Assembly: GCF_006345805.1 (NCBI RefSeq)
Contig: NC_042997.1
Coordinates: 118,978,001-119,042,000, forward strand
Direction of reading: 5' to 3'
DNA length: 64,000 nucleotides
Source of the DNA: Octopus sinensis
Taxonomy: Eukaryota
The notes under the pieces were generated by a model. The model worked only from the letters and a program-made list of their open reading frames with translations. It had not been told where the DNA came from and did not search any database. Shown piece by piece: positions 25,491 to 39,607 of this stretch. Positions within the stretch are counted from its first letter, which is position 1. Each line of letters opens with the position of its first letter. Both the position numbers and the translations under genes were made by a program.

Positions 25491-27664
25491 AATTATCTTG
25501 TACAGAGGTAATGTTATACCTTCTACCTTTACCAATGCCCAATAAAATATTCATTTTCACACCAGCATTACTCGCATCACCACCCTATGCAACATTAAGC
25601 CCGTCGTATATATATATATATGTACATGTATGTGTGTATATGTTTTTTCTCGAATGTGCTTTTTATTTAATATGTTTCCAGGAATTGACAAAGTTTCACT
25701 TATGATTTTAGGAGATAATATTACGAACTATTCGTTTCCTCAGTTATCTAAACATTGTCCCAACAGTGTTAAACAGATTATATTGCATACCAAATTTATA
25801 GTCCCAATGGCACAAGATCAAATTACAAACGGCAATACAAACTTGATTGCATGGATTTTCAGGTTGCCTTATACAGTCTTGCTTTATATTTTTATAGTAA
25901 TATGTGCTTGTAATATTTTCAATCAGATACGCCATGTATGTGGAATTTAAACTGCTAAAACGGCAAAATGTAAACTATTAGCAGTTCTCATTGAATGTAT
26001 ATAGTTAATCATAAAGCTGCCAATGGTAGTTTGTGATATCATTACTCACTCTGTATTTAATGATAAGATAATTGTACCAAACCTATCAATAAGCTTCTAT
26101 CCAAGATTTTGGGAAAGAAGCTAGGTTGTGAATTATCATTTTGATAGATATCTGATATTCCTATATGTTTGAGAACAGTAAACCTAACACAAAATCATAA
26201 GATTTGAAAGTCCACAATTGGGAGATTCTACTCTATATTCTTCAGAAAAAAGGTCGATCGTGTAAAGTATTATTTAGTAGCATTACTGTCAGAACAAACC
26301 ATATTTATTTCGATAATTTGTCGGAGTGAGAGGGCATATGTATACATGGGTATATATATATGTATGTATTTACAAGCATGTTCGTATGCATACATCGGTA
26401 TTGATGTGCACGATTTTATATTCATGTTTCTGTAGATGTATGTGTACGCACGATACAATATCCCAAAATCTGTGCAGATATTTGTTAACTTGATTTTAAA
26501 AAGTACGTTTCAGGAAAATTCTAAACTTACGCTTGTGGTATTACTAAACATTTAAACATACCATTATCACAACAAAATTGCCCATATATTCGAATAAAAG
26601 AAATTACTTAAAATACAATTTTTTTTTCTCCGAGATTATGCTAAAGACACTTAAGCATCATATATTTAAAATTTATTTTGACCTACTTAGCAATGTAAGA
26701 ACGAATATATTCACTTATGTATTTTAATGTTCTTTATATACAGACATATAAATATAGAGAAACCTGAAAACTACAATGACGAGAATTGAAAATATTTTAA
26801 TTCAATAAATGGAAGCATATCTGTGCGGAGATAAAACAAATGTTCAAAATATAGAAATTTGCTTAAAAGAAATACGCCAGTTACTTAAATGGAAATAAAC
26901 TTATTTATTGTGTTGTTTTCAGTAATTTATTAAATCATGCGTTATATCTTTGATCTTCTCCACAGGCTATAACGCCGACTTCCTTCTCTCTAGTATGTCT
27001 GTAGTATTTACCAAATATTCATTTTTCTAACAACGTATTAAACCATTTATATATGTGTGCGAACATAAATATGCGTACGCGCATGTGTCTATGTTCATGT
27101 GTATGTATGTATGTATATATATATATATATATATATACATACACACACAAAAACACACACACATATATAAATGTCTATGTCCATATCTATATCTATCTAT
27201 CATCTATCAATCTATCCATCTATCTATATATCTATGTATCTATATCTATATATATATAATATATCTTTTAAAATATATATGTATTGACGCACATACATAC
27301 ACACTCATGTTTATATATATGCGTTTGTATACATGTATATATATATATGTGTGGGTGGGTGTGTGTGTGTGTATTTGTGTATGTATATGCCTATGTAATT
27401 ATCTGTGTGCTCACGTATGTCTGAATGCGTACTATTTCAGTGAGTGTGCATGTGCAGGAGTTGCAAAGGAATTCTGCATTATAAAAATACACTAATACCC
27501 TCTCTGTAGCTGTTCTATATACACTACATATTTCCATATGTACGTGCATACAAGTACATATACATACACACATACACACACATACACACACATACACGCA
27601 TACAGACATATATATCTATGTATATATGTACATATATTTGAATATTCTTTTGTTCTTTTATTAT

Positions 27665-27800
27665 TTTACTCTTTTACTTGTTTCAGTCATTTGACTGCGG
27701 CCATGTTGGAGCAGCACCTATAGTCGAGCAAGTTACGGGGGCGTAGTTACACTAGCACCGGTTGTAAAGCGATGTTGGGTGAGGGTCAAACATACACACA
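27665..27800 (-). mobile_element. SINE family A tail fragment
   Basis: TTACTTGTTTCAGTCATTTGACTGCGGCCATG is the reverse complement of the family A tail. Confidence 0.75.
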
Positions 27801-27885
27801 CAAATACATACACACGCATACGTATATGTATATATATCTACATATACATATATATATATGAATATATATATATCTCTTCCTCTTT

Positions 27886-28451
27886 TTCTCTTTTTACTTG
27901 TTTCAGTCATATGACTGCGGCCATGCTGGAGCACCGCCTTTAGTCGAGCAAATCGACCCCGGGACTTATTCTTTGTAAGCCCAGTACTTATTCTATCGGT
28001 CTCTTTTGCCGAACCGCTAAGTGACGGGGACGTAAACACACCAGCATCGGTTGTCAAGTAATGCTAGGGGAACAAACACTGACACACAAACACATACACT
28101 TATATATATATATACATATATACGACAGGCTTCTTTCAGTTTCCGTCTACCAAATCCACTCACAAGGCTTTGGTCGGCCCGAGGCTATAGCAGAAGACAC
28201 TCGCCCAAGATGCCACGCAGTGGGACTGAACCCAGAACCATGTGGTTGGTAGGCAAGCTACTTACCACACAGCCACTCCTACATATATACGACGAGTTTT
28301 TTTCAGTTTCCGTCTTCCAAATCCACTCGCAAGACTTTGATCGGCCAGAAGCTATAGCATGAGACACTTAGCCAAAGTGCCACGCATTAGAACGGAACCC
28401 AGAACCATGTGGTTGGTTAGCAAGCTACTTACCACAGAACCACACCTGCAC
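27886..28451 (-). mobile_element. SINE family A, full copy (27886-28280), plus a tandem second head (28288-28451)
   Basis: Reverse complement of 571-1042; the head region is repeated. Confidence 0.9.
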
Positions 28452-28860
28452 ATATATCTAACACTCTCACTCTCTGTCTTTATCTACATACATACATACA
28501 CACACGCCCACACACACACATATACCCTCACATACATACACATTCAAACACATACATCCACACACTGACATATATCGGTACATATACAACCATACGTACA
28601 AATTGATGTTTATTCAGTAATGTGCGCATCATCTTAGAATGTTTTTCATATCATAGTATCGTAGTAGGAGCAATAATTTAGTACTGTAATAGTTCTCTCG
28701 TAATGTGATTACTGTTTCATCTATACTGAAGTGAAATATCCATTTATGCTATTACTAAGAAGGAATATATAAATATATACCCATACAGACATACACACAA
28801 ACATACACACTGACACCCCGCGCCCACACAGATCCATCTATATGCAACAGTGAATATATA

Positions 28861-28912
<52 letters not shown>

Positions 28913-29416
28913 ATATGTGTGTCTATATATGTATGTATATAAAGGTATAGGCATATGCACATGTAATATATATAAATATATATATATATATTATTTCTGC
29001 TACATTAAACATACATCCTGCTTACTGTCAATAGATAGACGCAACAAGGAAATTTCTCGCAGCAGCTTATATAGAAAGTGGAGAGGAAGGTGAAGAACAA
29101 AGAGCTAAGAATTTTTTTTTCTTCCTTGAAAATAGATATAGATGTGAATATACAGTTATCTATTTATAAAATTGTGGATGTCAATTCAAATTTATAGTAA
29201 TGGATATCCAGCAACGAATAGACGGAAAACTCATACACAATATCATAGGTGCGTGTGTGTGTATCTATCTCTCTCTCTCTCTCTCTCTGTATATCTATCT
29301 ATCTATATATCAATCTATCTACCCATCTATCTATTTATCTCTCTCTCTCTATATATATATATATACATAAATAATATAAATAATATATAAATATATACAT
29401 ATATACATACATATAT

Positions 29417-30665
<1,249 letters not shown>

Positions 30666-30716
30666 ACATATATATATATATATGTATATATAATGTATAT
30701 ATACGTATATGCATAT

Positions 30717-30750
<34 letters not shown>

Positions 30751-30881
30751 ATATAATATAAAATAAATATTATAATATGTTATAAAATATTATAATAATC
30801 CAGGTTTCTCGGAGCACTAGGCCACTTGGTGTTGAATAGATATACTATTAAATTAGTATCTAATTCTCTCACCCTTATTAA

Positions 30882-30918
<37 letters not shown>

Positions 30919-30920
<2 letters not shown>

Positions 30921-32195
30921 GGGTGGGGAAGCAAAATTTACAATTAACGCTCAGTTGTTTTTTTCTCAGCAGGCACTAAGTCAATGGTTTTGAAACCTAG
31001 CATATATTGATGTCATAACCATACATAACACTATTATCTTTACCTTTTCAGAAACTTTTGCCCATATGAGTAATCAGGAAAGCAAACGACAAAGAGTGTG
31101 TGATTTGCTGAATGCACTCGTCACACCAAAGGAGATTTAAAGAATAGTTGGAGTGTCCATAAAGACTGTTTATAATATAAAGAATAGAATGACTATGAGC
31201 AAAGCTATTATGAGGAAGTCTTGAAGTGGAGGAATCAACAAAAAACGTACTAAAGCTTTTATTAAAGCTCTCAAATCCAAAATCCTGAAGGATCCAACCA
31301 AATCCATGAGAAAAATAGCAGTTGAACTTGAGGTAGACAACTTGACTTTTAGAAATGCAGTAAAATATGATTTAAGACTAAAATCTTACACAAGAACACC
31401 AAAACACTTGTTGACAACAGATATGAAGGAGAAGAGTTTGGAAAGGTGCAAGAAAATTATTACATGGTTCAAGAAAATGTCCTCCATTGTAACGATCTTT
31501 TCAGATGAAAAGATCTTCACTGTCGATGCTGTTCTGAACCGCAGAAATGACAGATTTATCGCAAAATTGACAGCTGAGGTTAAGGGGACATTCAAAACAA
31601 AACATACTGCTCAAGTTATGGCTTTTGGTGGTGTGGATTCCGATGGAAAGAAAATGCCTATAAAATTCTACAAAGCTGATGAAAAGATCGATGTTAAAAC
31701 TTACTACAAGACTCTGAGATACCAGATATTGCCATGGCTTAAAGCAAACTACCCAGATGGTAATTATGTATGGACACAGGATGGTGTCCCAGCACACACA
31801 GCTAGAAACATACAAGATTTTCAGCAAATCCAACTTTATCAATTTTTTTTAATAATGTTTATGGCCGCCTTGTAGCCCATATCTAAACCCTCTGGATTAT
31901 GGTATATGGGGCGTTTTAGAACATGCTACCAATAGAACATCACACAGCAATGTCGACTCTCTTAAAGATACTATTAAGGAAGAATGGGAGAAGTTGTCTC
32001 CCGAATATTTGAGGAACACTTGTGCAAGTTTCAGGCAGTTATTGAGAAAGAAGGAGGACACAGAATAAAAACATTTTCTATTATGTAAATTTTCATGCGG
32101 CAAATAAATTCTCATGACTTGCAATAAAATAATTGGTCATACGCTGTCTTTCGATCCCTGCCTCAAAATATTGTTAATTTTGCTTCCCCGCCCTG
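30919..32195 (+). mobile_element. Tc1/mariner superfamily DD37D (maT) transposon with intact TIRs, TA target site and a pseudogenised transposase (ATG 31066 to ~32070)
   Basis: TA|CAGGGTGGGGAAGCAAAATTTACAAT ... ATTGTTAATTTTGCTTCCCCGCCCTG|TA. Motifs FSDEK, WTQDGVPAHTA and WPPCSPYLNPLDY give 37 residues between the second and third Asp after correcting one frameshift. Confidence 0.92.
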
Positions 32196-32849
32196 TATGT
32201 ATATATATGTACGTATATATGTATATATATGTATATATAAATATATATACATATATGTATATATATATCTATTTATACACTCACACGCATATATATACAC
32301 ACATCCAAAGCTATATGAGAATAAATATATGTGTATATACATATGTATATATTTATGTATGAACATCCTAATTCTCGTCACAAAAGGGGTTTCATTAACT
32401 GATAAAATGACAATTGTATTGCTGTTAGGTCTATAGGCTTACTATTCGCTTCCTATATTCATGCACCAGAACCCACTCAACCGCCACATTTTTCAAGGAA
32501 CAATTTTATAGTAATTATCGAATTTGCTTATATATATATAAAAGTTTTATCTCCAAGAATCACGATAAGAAAATGTATATGCTGCTATTGTGTAAGCTTT
32601 CACGACTGTCACTCGTTTCCATAAATATGAAACAAAAAACAATTTACGTTACGTTATATTCATTTATGGTATCAACTCCGGGGTATTTTTGATTAGTGGC
32701 AATACGCCGCATTCGAATACTTTGTCCGACATAACTGCCATCAAATATTGGATTAGAGTTTTGGGAAATTATTTTTCTCTCATATTTGACGTATATTTCC
32801 GGACGTTTTGTGTATGTAGCAATTATTAGTGGCACAGTCTAAATATATG

Positions 32850-32852
<3 letters not shown>

Positions 32853-32905
<53 letters not shown>

Positions 32906-33022
32906 CACATACATATATGTACATATATATGTGTGAGTGTGTGTGAAATATACACATGCACACCATTAAACACGCACACACATATACATATATCTATGTA
33001 TATATCATATATATATATATAT

Positions 33023-33064
<42 letters not shown>

Positions 33065-33106
33065 TGATCGGAGAAAGAGCGAAACATTATATATATATAA
33101 TATGTG

Positions 33107-33158
<52 letters not shown>

Positions 33159-33241
33159 TTAATGGTGTGCATGTGTATATTTCACACACACTCACACATA
33201 TATATGTACATATGTGTATGTGTATATGTATATGTATGTAT

Positions 33242-33288
<47 letters not shown>

Positions 33289-33360
33289 TGTGTATGTATA
33301 TAAGTATATATTTAAGCATATATATAAGCATATATATATATATAAATATATATACACACA
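32853..33360. repeat. (TA)n compound microsatellite containing an inverted duplication
   Basis: 32910-32985 is the reverse complement of 33143-33220 (AAATATACACATGCACACCATTAAACAC / GTGTTTAATGGTGTGCATGTGTATATTT). Confidence 0.85.
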
Positions 33361-34114
33361 CAAACGTATATCCATACACTTAAGTAATTTATGAACAAGC
33401 TCTTTCGCTTTGTTCCTTATATTCATAATTGTCCGCGCGTGCGTGTTTGCATATGTGTGTGTGTTAGCGTATACTTGTATTTTTTCTTTGACTACGCATG
33501 TATGTTTATTAATCTTATACCTTCGTCTTTGTTCGTGCTTATATCTTATATATCAGTTACACCGTCTATAATTTATGTAATATCAAATGACAGGAGAAGA
33601 AAGAAATATACGTCAAAAGCTCTTTGATACATTAGCTAGTAATTGGATGTAAAGGGAATATATCTTTGGTCTTCCAAAGCAACTACGAGTAATAATACGT
33701 TGATGCTTTACTCCTAATATATATGAGTGTACTTTACGTAGAAATGAATGATTACCCTGTGAATGAAAAGTATAACATAAGCACAAAAGCTCAATAGAAT
33801 ATACCGAAGTACTTCAATTGGAACAAAATGTATAGAGTCATTGATTATCAACTTAACAATTCAAATTACACGGTTCCGTCTAGATAAAACTAAAACGAAC
33901 TGATAGCTACGTAGTTACGTATATATTGATATTTTTGTCATGTGATGAATTATCCTCTGTTGTCAAGAATGTGACAGTATATTTTGTATATCAAAAGTGA
34001 CAAAAAAGCAAAAAGCAAAATAATGTGAGCTTAATGGAACTATCTCAAGCAGTAGCTTGAAATAATTCTAATGGCTTTAATTTTAGGTTAAAGTTTGATA
34101 TATTGTATGTTATA

Positions 34115-34222
34115 ACCGACGAGGTTAAATTTTCCTTTTATCCTTGGAGGGTAGATAAAATAATTACCAGTTGATCATCGGGGTCGAGGTAATCGACTAA
34201 CCCCCTCCCTTGGAATTGCTAG
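34115..34222 (+). mobile_element. SINE family B core fragment
   Basis: Degenerate CCTTTTATCCTTGGAGGGTAGATAAAATAATTACCAG...GGGGTCGAGGTAATCGACT. Confidence 0.65.
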
Positions 34223-34832
34223 TCTATATTACATACTATATAGACACACACACGCACACAATCACACCTACACACACACACACCACACACACACACACAC
34301 AGACTTACACAAACGCACAAACTCAAGCATACATGCTAGCATGATATCACAAAAGTATATTTTAAACTGCTTTCAATGAGTCAGATATCGAAAATTTAGT
34401 AATTGTGACCGTTTCTCAATGAAAATGCAGAAATAATTTCCTCAGTTATTTTAGATAATTAAAAAGAGGTCTTTGAAGTGTCAACTCTTGGCATGTTTCG
34501 TCCTATTATTTGACGACAGCTTTGAATACATGAAAACAAAATTTAAAATCATTTCGTAGATTAACATGTATTAAAAAATAAGAAAAAAATAGCTACATGA
34601 ACCTTAAAAAGGAACTCTGCGTCTATGTGTATATATGCATACGTAGGTATAAGGCATGCTTGGAAATACCGGCTCACAAATGCAAGATTCAAGTACAAAA
34701 AGAAAATAAAAAATCGAAGAAACACAAAGAAAATTGGGTTGCTCGATGGATGTGAGCTCAGAAATTTATAACGTATTCTCATTTAATAAATATCTTAGCA
34801 AAACCTTACGGATTTGCTAGAAATATGAAATT

Positions 34833-36722
34833 TTGATCTAGGTGTGGCGTTATTTTTCATACTTGATCTAGGTGTGGAGTTAGTTTTTATACTTGATCTA
34901 GGTGTGGCGTTAGTTTTCATACTTGATCTAGGTGTGGCGTTAGTTTTCATACTTGATCTAGGTGTGGCGTTATTTTTCATACTTGATCTAGGTGTGGCGT
35001 TAGTTTTCATACATGATCTAGGTGTGGCGTTATTTTTCATACTTGATCTAGGTGTGGCGTTATTTTTCATACTTGATCTAGGTGTGGTGTTATTTTTCAT
35101 ACTTGATCTAGGTGTGACGTTAGTTTTCATACATGATCTAGGTGTGGCGTTATTTTTCATACTTGATCTAGGTGTGGCGTTATTTTTCATACTTGATCTA
35201 GGTGTGGCGTTAGTTTTCATACATGATCTAGGTGTGGCGTTATTTTTCATACTTGATCTAGGTGTGGCGTTATTTTTCATACTTGATCTAGGTGTGGCGT
35301 TATTTTTCATACTTGATCTAGGTGTGGCGTTATTTTTCATACTTGATCTAGGTGTGGCGTTATTTTTCATACTTGATCTAGGTGTGGCGTTATTTTTCAT
35401 ACTTGATCTAGGTGTGACGTTATTTTTCATACTTGATCTAGGTGTGGTGTTATTTTTCATACTTGATCTAGGTGTGGCGTTATTTTTCATACTTGATCTA
35501 GGTGTGGCGTTAGTTTTCATACATGATCTAGGTGTGGCGTTATTTTTCATACTTGATCTAGGTGTGGTGTTATTTTTCATACTTGATCTAGGTGTGGCGT
35601 TAGTTTTCATACATGATCTAGGTGTGGCGTTATTTTTCATACTTGATCTAAGTGTGGTGTTATTTTTCATACTTGATCTAGGTGTGGCGTTAGTTTTCAT
35701 ACATGATCTAGGTGTGGCGTTATTTTTCATACTTGATCTAAGTGTGGTGTTATTTTTCATACTTGATCTAGGTGTGGTGTTATTTTTCATACTTGATCTA
35801 GGTGTGGCGTTATTTTTCATACTTGATCTAGGTGTGGTGTTATTTTTCATACTTGATCTAGGTGTGGTGTTATTTTTTCATATACTTGATCTAGGTGTGG
35901 TGTTATTTTTCATACTTGATCTAGGTGTGGTGTTATTTTTCATACTTGATCTAGGTGTGGCGTTATTTTTCATACTTGATCTGGGTGTGGAGTTATTTTT
36001 CATACTTGATCTAGGTGTGGCGTTATTTTTCATACTTGATCTAGGTGTGGCGTTATTTTTCATACTTGATCTAGGTGTGGCGTTATTTTTCATACTTGAT
36101 CTAGGTGTGGCGTTATTTTTCATACTTGATCTAGGTGTGACGTTATTTTTCATACTTGATCTAGGTGTGGCGTTATTTTTCATACTTGATCTAGGTGTGG
36201 CGTTATTTTTCATACTTGATCTAGGTGTGACTTTATTTTTCATACTTGATCTAGGTGTGGTGTTATTTTTCATACTTGATCTAGGTGTGGCGTTATTTTT
36301 CATACTTGATCTAGGTGTGGTGTTATTTTTCATACTTGATCTAGGTGTGGAGTTATTTTTCATACTTGATCTAGGTGTGGTGTTATTTTTCATACTTGAT
36401 CTAGGTGTGGTGTTATTTTTCATACTTGATCTAGGTGTGGTGTTATTTTTCATACTTGATCTAGGTGTGGTGTTATTTTTCATACTTGATCTAGGTGTGG
36501 CGTTATTTTTCATACTTGATCTGGGTGTGGAGTTATTTTTCATACTTGATCTAGGTGTGGCGTTATTTTATCATATTTGATCTAGGTGTGGCGTTATTTT
36601 TCATACTTGATCTAGGTGTGGCGTTATTTTTCATGCTTGATCTAGGTGTGGCGTTATTTTATCATATTTGATCTAGGTATGGATTTACTTTTCATGCTTG
36701 ATCTAGGTGTGGCGTTATTTTT
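34833..36722. repeat. 30-bp minisatellite, ~63 units (ACTTGATCTAGGTGTGGCGTTATTTTTCAT)
   Basis: Head-to-tail units with no spacers and a few recurrent variants. Confidence 0.97.
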
Positions 36723-36986
36723 CGCTTTCATGCGAATCTGCAACCATAAAACATATAAGAATAATTTCCTCGCGCTATACTTTTCTTTGTTCTTTCATGC
36801 TCTTCACGGAGTATTCTGAGTGTGTCAACTGAACGGAGGGAGAGAGACAGATGTACATGCAATGAGATATTATACGTCTAATATTTATTTTCGTTCGGTT
36901 TCCATGTACGTCTCCACCGTCATGTTTTCGTTCCCAACTTTCACCCGCCATAAATCCTAAATTTTAGTTTAGAATTTATGTGAGCA

Positions 36987-37042
36987 GCTGTCTTTGATGA
37001 CTCACATTGTCGTTGCATGCTCGAAATGAGTAGATAGACAGC
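36987..37042 (+). ncRNA. Degenerate hammerhead-like relic
   Basis: GCTGTCT-TTGATGA...GCTC-GAAA...AGACAGC. A 7-bp closing stem and core relics are present, but stem II pairs poorly. Confidence 0.3.
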
Positions 37043-37230
37043 CGACAATTGATGAAGGGTCCTTTCTCTGTCTTTACATGTCTTGTTCTCCATTTTATTG
37101 TCGTTGTTTACGTATTTACCACGTTTGTGTCTGCATTTCATGTTATTTTCACCGTTGGTGACCCATATATGTTTGTATATATATATATATATATATATAG
37201 ACGAATATTTATAGACACACACACACACAC

Positions 37231-37291
<61 letters not shown>

Positions 37292-37299
37292 ATTTTGTG

Positions 37300-37592
37300 T
37301 AGGTGCATGACTGCGTGACGGCGCGGGCTGCGTGGAATATTTTTAAGATAGATACTTTATTTCACGTTCCCCCTGTTCCCTCAGCTACTGAAATGAGTTG
37401 CAATATCACTGATGCCAAGCTGTCGCGGCCTTTGCCTTTCCCATGGATAACATCGGTGTTCGTGGAGAGGTTAGACTGGCATGCATGGGTGACTACTAGT
37501 CTTTCATAAACAGCCTTGTCAGGATTTTGCCTCGGAGGGGAAATTTGTAAGTGCAACCCCATGGTCATTGATGACCGAAAGGAGTCATCTTT
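37300..37592 (+). mobile_element. SINE family D (5'-eroded)
   Basis: ACTTTATTTCACGTT core; tail homologous to the reverse complement of 16478-16600. Confidence 0.7.
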
Positions 37593-37602
37593 CATATATA
37601 TA

Positions 37603-37960
37603 TCTCTTATTATAAAAGGCAGATTTTATCTGCCTCCCTTTGGGAGTTATAGAAATCTACAATATAGGATTTCTTCAATTACAATTTACCTAGCATTTTT
37701 AAGAGTACAATGCATCGCGTCATGCCAGGTCCAGTTTTTAAAATTTAAACTCCAATTAAGCAAAATTTACAGAAAACTCACATTCTGGTGTGTGTGTCAA
37801 ATGCTTTTCTTAGTCTGGTTTACACCACACGCAAACGCACACACACAGTGGGCAACGAATAAAATGAAAGTAATTCACTTACTGTAGTGAGTGATTCTTT
37901 CACTCTGCCTCCCACTTCCTCTTTCCACACATAGACACGCAAATATATAAATAAAATTGT
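37603..37960 (+). mobile_element. Helitron-like 5' segment
   Basis: Starts A|TCTCTTATTATAAAAG, resembling Helitron 5' ends. No nearby 3' CTAG-hairpin of its own. Confidence 0.45.
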
Positions 37961-38117
37961 AAGCTAACGTGCGTGTGTGTGAGTGTGTGTGTGTGTGTGT
38001 GCGTGTGTGTGTGTGAGGGTGCGTGTGTGTGTGTGTGTGTGTGTGCGTGTGCGTGAGTGTGTGACAGGAAAGTTTTTTTAGACGAATATAAGACCTATAT
38101 CCAAGTAGCAGAAAGAT

Positions 38118-38380
38118 AAGACAGTAAGGTGTGATTTGAGGGAGATTTGGCTGCTACTTCTACCATGTCTAGCTGCCATGTAGGGGTCTCCCTCATAGGC
38201 TCATACATACATATATACATAGATTAGACAGTAAGGTGTGATTTGGGGGAAATTTGGCTGCTATTTCTACCAGGTCTAGCTACCATGTAGAGGTCCCCCT
38301 CATTGGCTCATATATATATACATACATAAGACAGTAAGGTGTGATTTGAGGGAGATTTGGCTGCTGTTTCTACCAGGTCT
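38118..38380 (+). repeat. Three tandem copies of a ~105-bp unit
   Basis: AGACAGTAAGGTGTGATTTG.GGGA.ATTTGGCTGCT at ~38119, 38226 and 38329. Confidence 0.85.
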
Positions 38381-38469
38381 GTTAGGCCTTCTCATGTAAA
38401 CTCAAGCTTTCTCATGCCTTGAACATAAGACCAAAGCAGAGAATGTATTCTTTTATTCTTCTGCTTTTT

Positions 38470-38650
38470 CCAGCCATTGGTCTGTGGCCATGCTGGGGCA
38501 ATGCCTTGAAGAATTGTAGTTTAATGAATCAACTCCAGTTTTATTTTTGTAAGCATTGTACTTATTCTATCTGTTTCCTTTGTCAAACCACTAGGTAACA
38601 GGGATGTAAACAAACCAACATTCGTTGTCAAGCAGTGGTGGAGGACAATC
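38470..38650 (-). mobile_element. SINE family A tail (degenerate)
   Basis: GGCCATGCTGGGGCAATGCC...TACTTATTCTATC is the reverse complement of the family A tail. Confidence 0.65.
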
Positions 38651-38745
38651 ACAAGCACAGACACGCACACACACACACATACATGCATACACATATACAC
38701 ACATACATACATACATACATATATATATATGTGTGTATATATATA

Positions 38746-39010
38746 TTGCAGCGTGGAAGGTGTTTGTAAGCCATTTAAGAAACACACAAAAACCGTTACA
38801 TTCACTTCCACATTTAAATTTAATTTGCCAAAATATTTTCGTCGCTTTGAGACCGCGACCGCGACCTGTTCACTGACAAAAATATCGTGCTAACAGGTCG
38901 CGGTCTCAAAGCGACGAAAATATTTTGACAAATTAAATTTAAATGTTGAAGTGAATCTAACGGTTTTTGTGTGTTTCTTAAATGGCTTATAAACACCTTC
39001 AACGCTGCAA
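38746..39010. repeat. Fold-back inverted repeat, ~120-bp arms with a ~20-bp spacer
   Basis: TTGCAGCGTGGAAGGTGTTTG...GACCTGTT (38746-38870) vs AACAGGTC...AAACACCTTCAACGCTGCAA (38893-39010). Confidence 0.92.
38824..38880 (-). ncRNA. Minimal hammerhead fold with swapped G3:C8 core
   Basis: Minus strand TTTGTCA-GTGAACA-G-GTCGC-loop-GCGAC-GAAA-ATAT-TT-TGGCAAA: 7-bp stem I, 5-bp stem II and palindromic stem III AATATT. Confidence 0.65.
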
Positions 39011-39170
39011 CTGTTTTCGTTCCAGCACACGACCTCAGATCAAGTCACTTGCTATGCAAGTACATCTCTGTAACTATATATATATTTATATATATATATA
39101 TGTATATTGGTAAAAACAGTAAGATAACAAAAGAAAGAAAGATACCTCAATATTATGTAAATAGAGGAAA

Positions 39171-39563
39171 TCTTTATATATAAAAGTGAGGGTGTTTGTC
39201 TGTCTCCTACGATTTAGATTCCTAACTACTCCCACATTTTGCGGTGCAGTTTAACCAAAACCGGGTATCTTATAGTCGTGATTCATATCGAAACCGTCTG
39301 GGTATTAGCGCGCGTCTACGATGAGTCTACGATTTAAAAAAAAATTACCATCAATTTTTCCGATTTTTAATGCATTTTTGGCATATATAAGGGAAGTAAC
39401 TCTCTAAAATTTATTATTAAATCTCAGAATGTAAAAAGCTACAGTAACACCCCTCCCCCTTTGTGGTTAGCCATATTGAGATGGCTATTATACTTTACAT
39501 CTCTAAAAATGCTTATATAATTATTTCCCTTACAAACCCGAGCAACGCCGGGCGATACTGCTA

Positions 39564-39564
<1 letters not shown>
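39171..39564 (+). mobile_element. Non-autonomous Helitron
   Basis: 5' A|TCTTTATATATAAAAG, 3' hairpin CCCGAGCAACGCCGGG (39537-39552), then CTAG|T, i.e. an A|T target with no TSD. Confidence 0.85.

Positions 39565-39607
<43 letters not shown>

Noticed and set aside
32644-32835. GIY-YIG nuclease (PEIY...YVGQS)
   Set aside because: The motif spacing is about twice the usual and no other conserved residues are evident.
34844-36580. 578-aa membrane or LRR-like protein
   Set aside because: The ORF results from a stop-free 30-bp unit, with no unique coding flanks and mostly non-synonymous variants.
34833-36722. CRISPR array
   Set aside because: The 30-bp units are contiguous with no unique spacers, there are no cas genes, and the context is eukaryotic.
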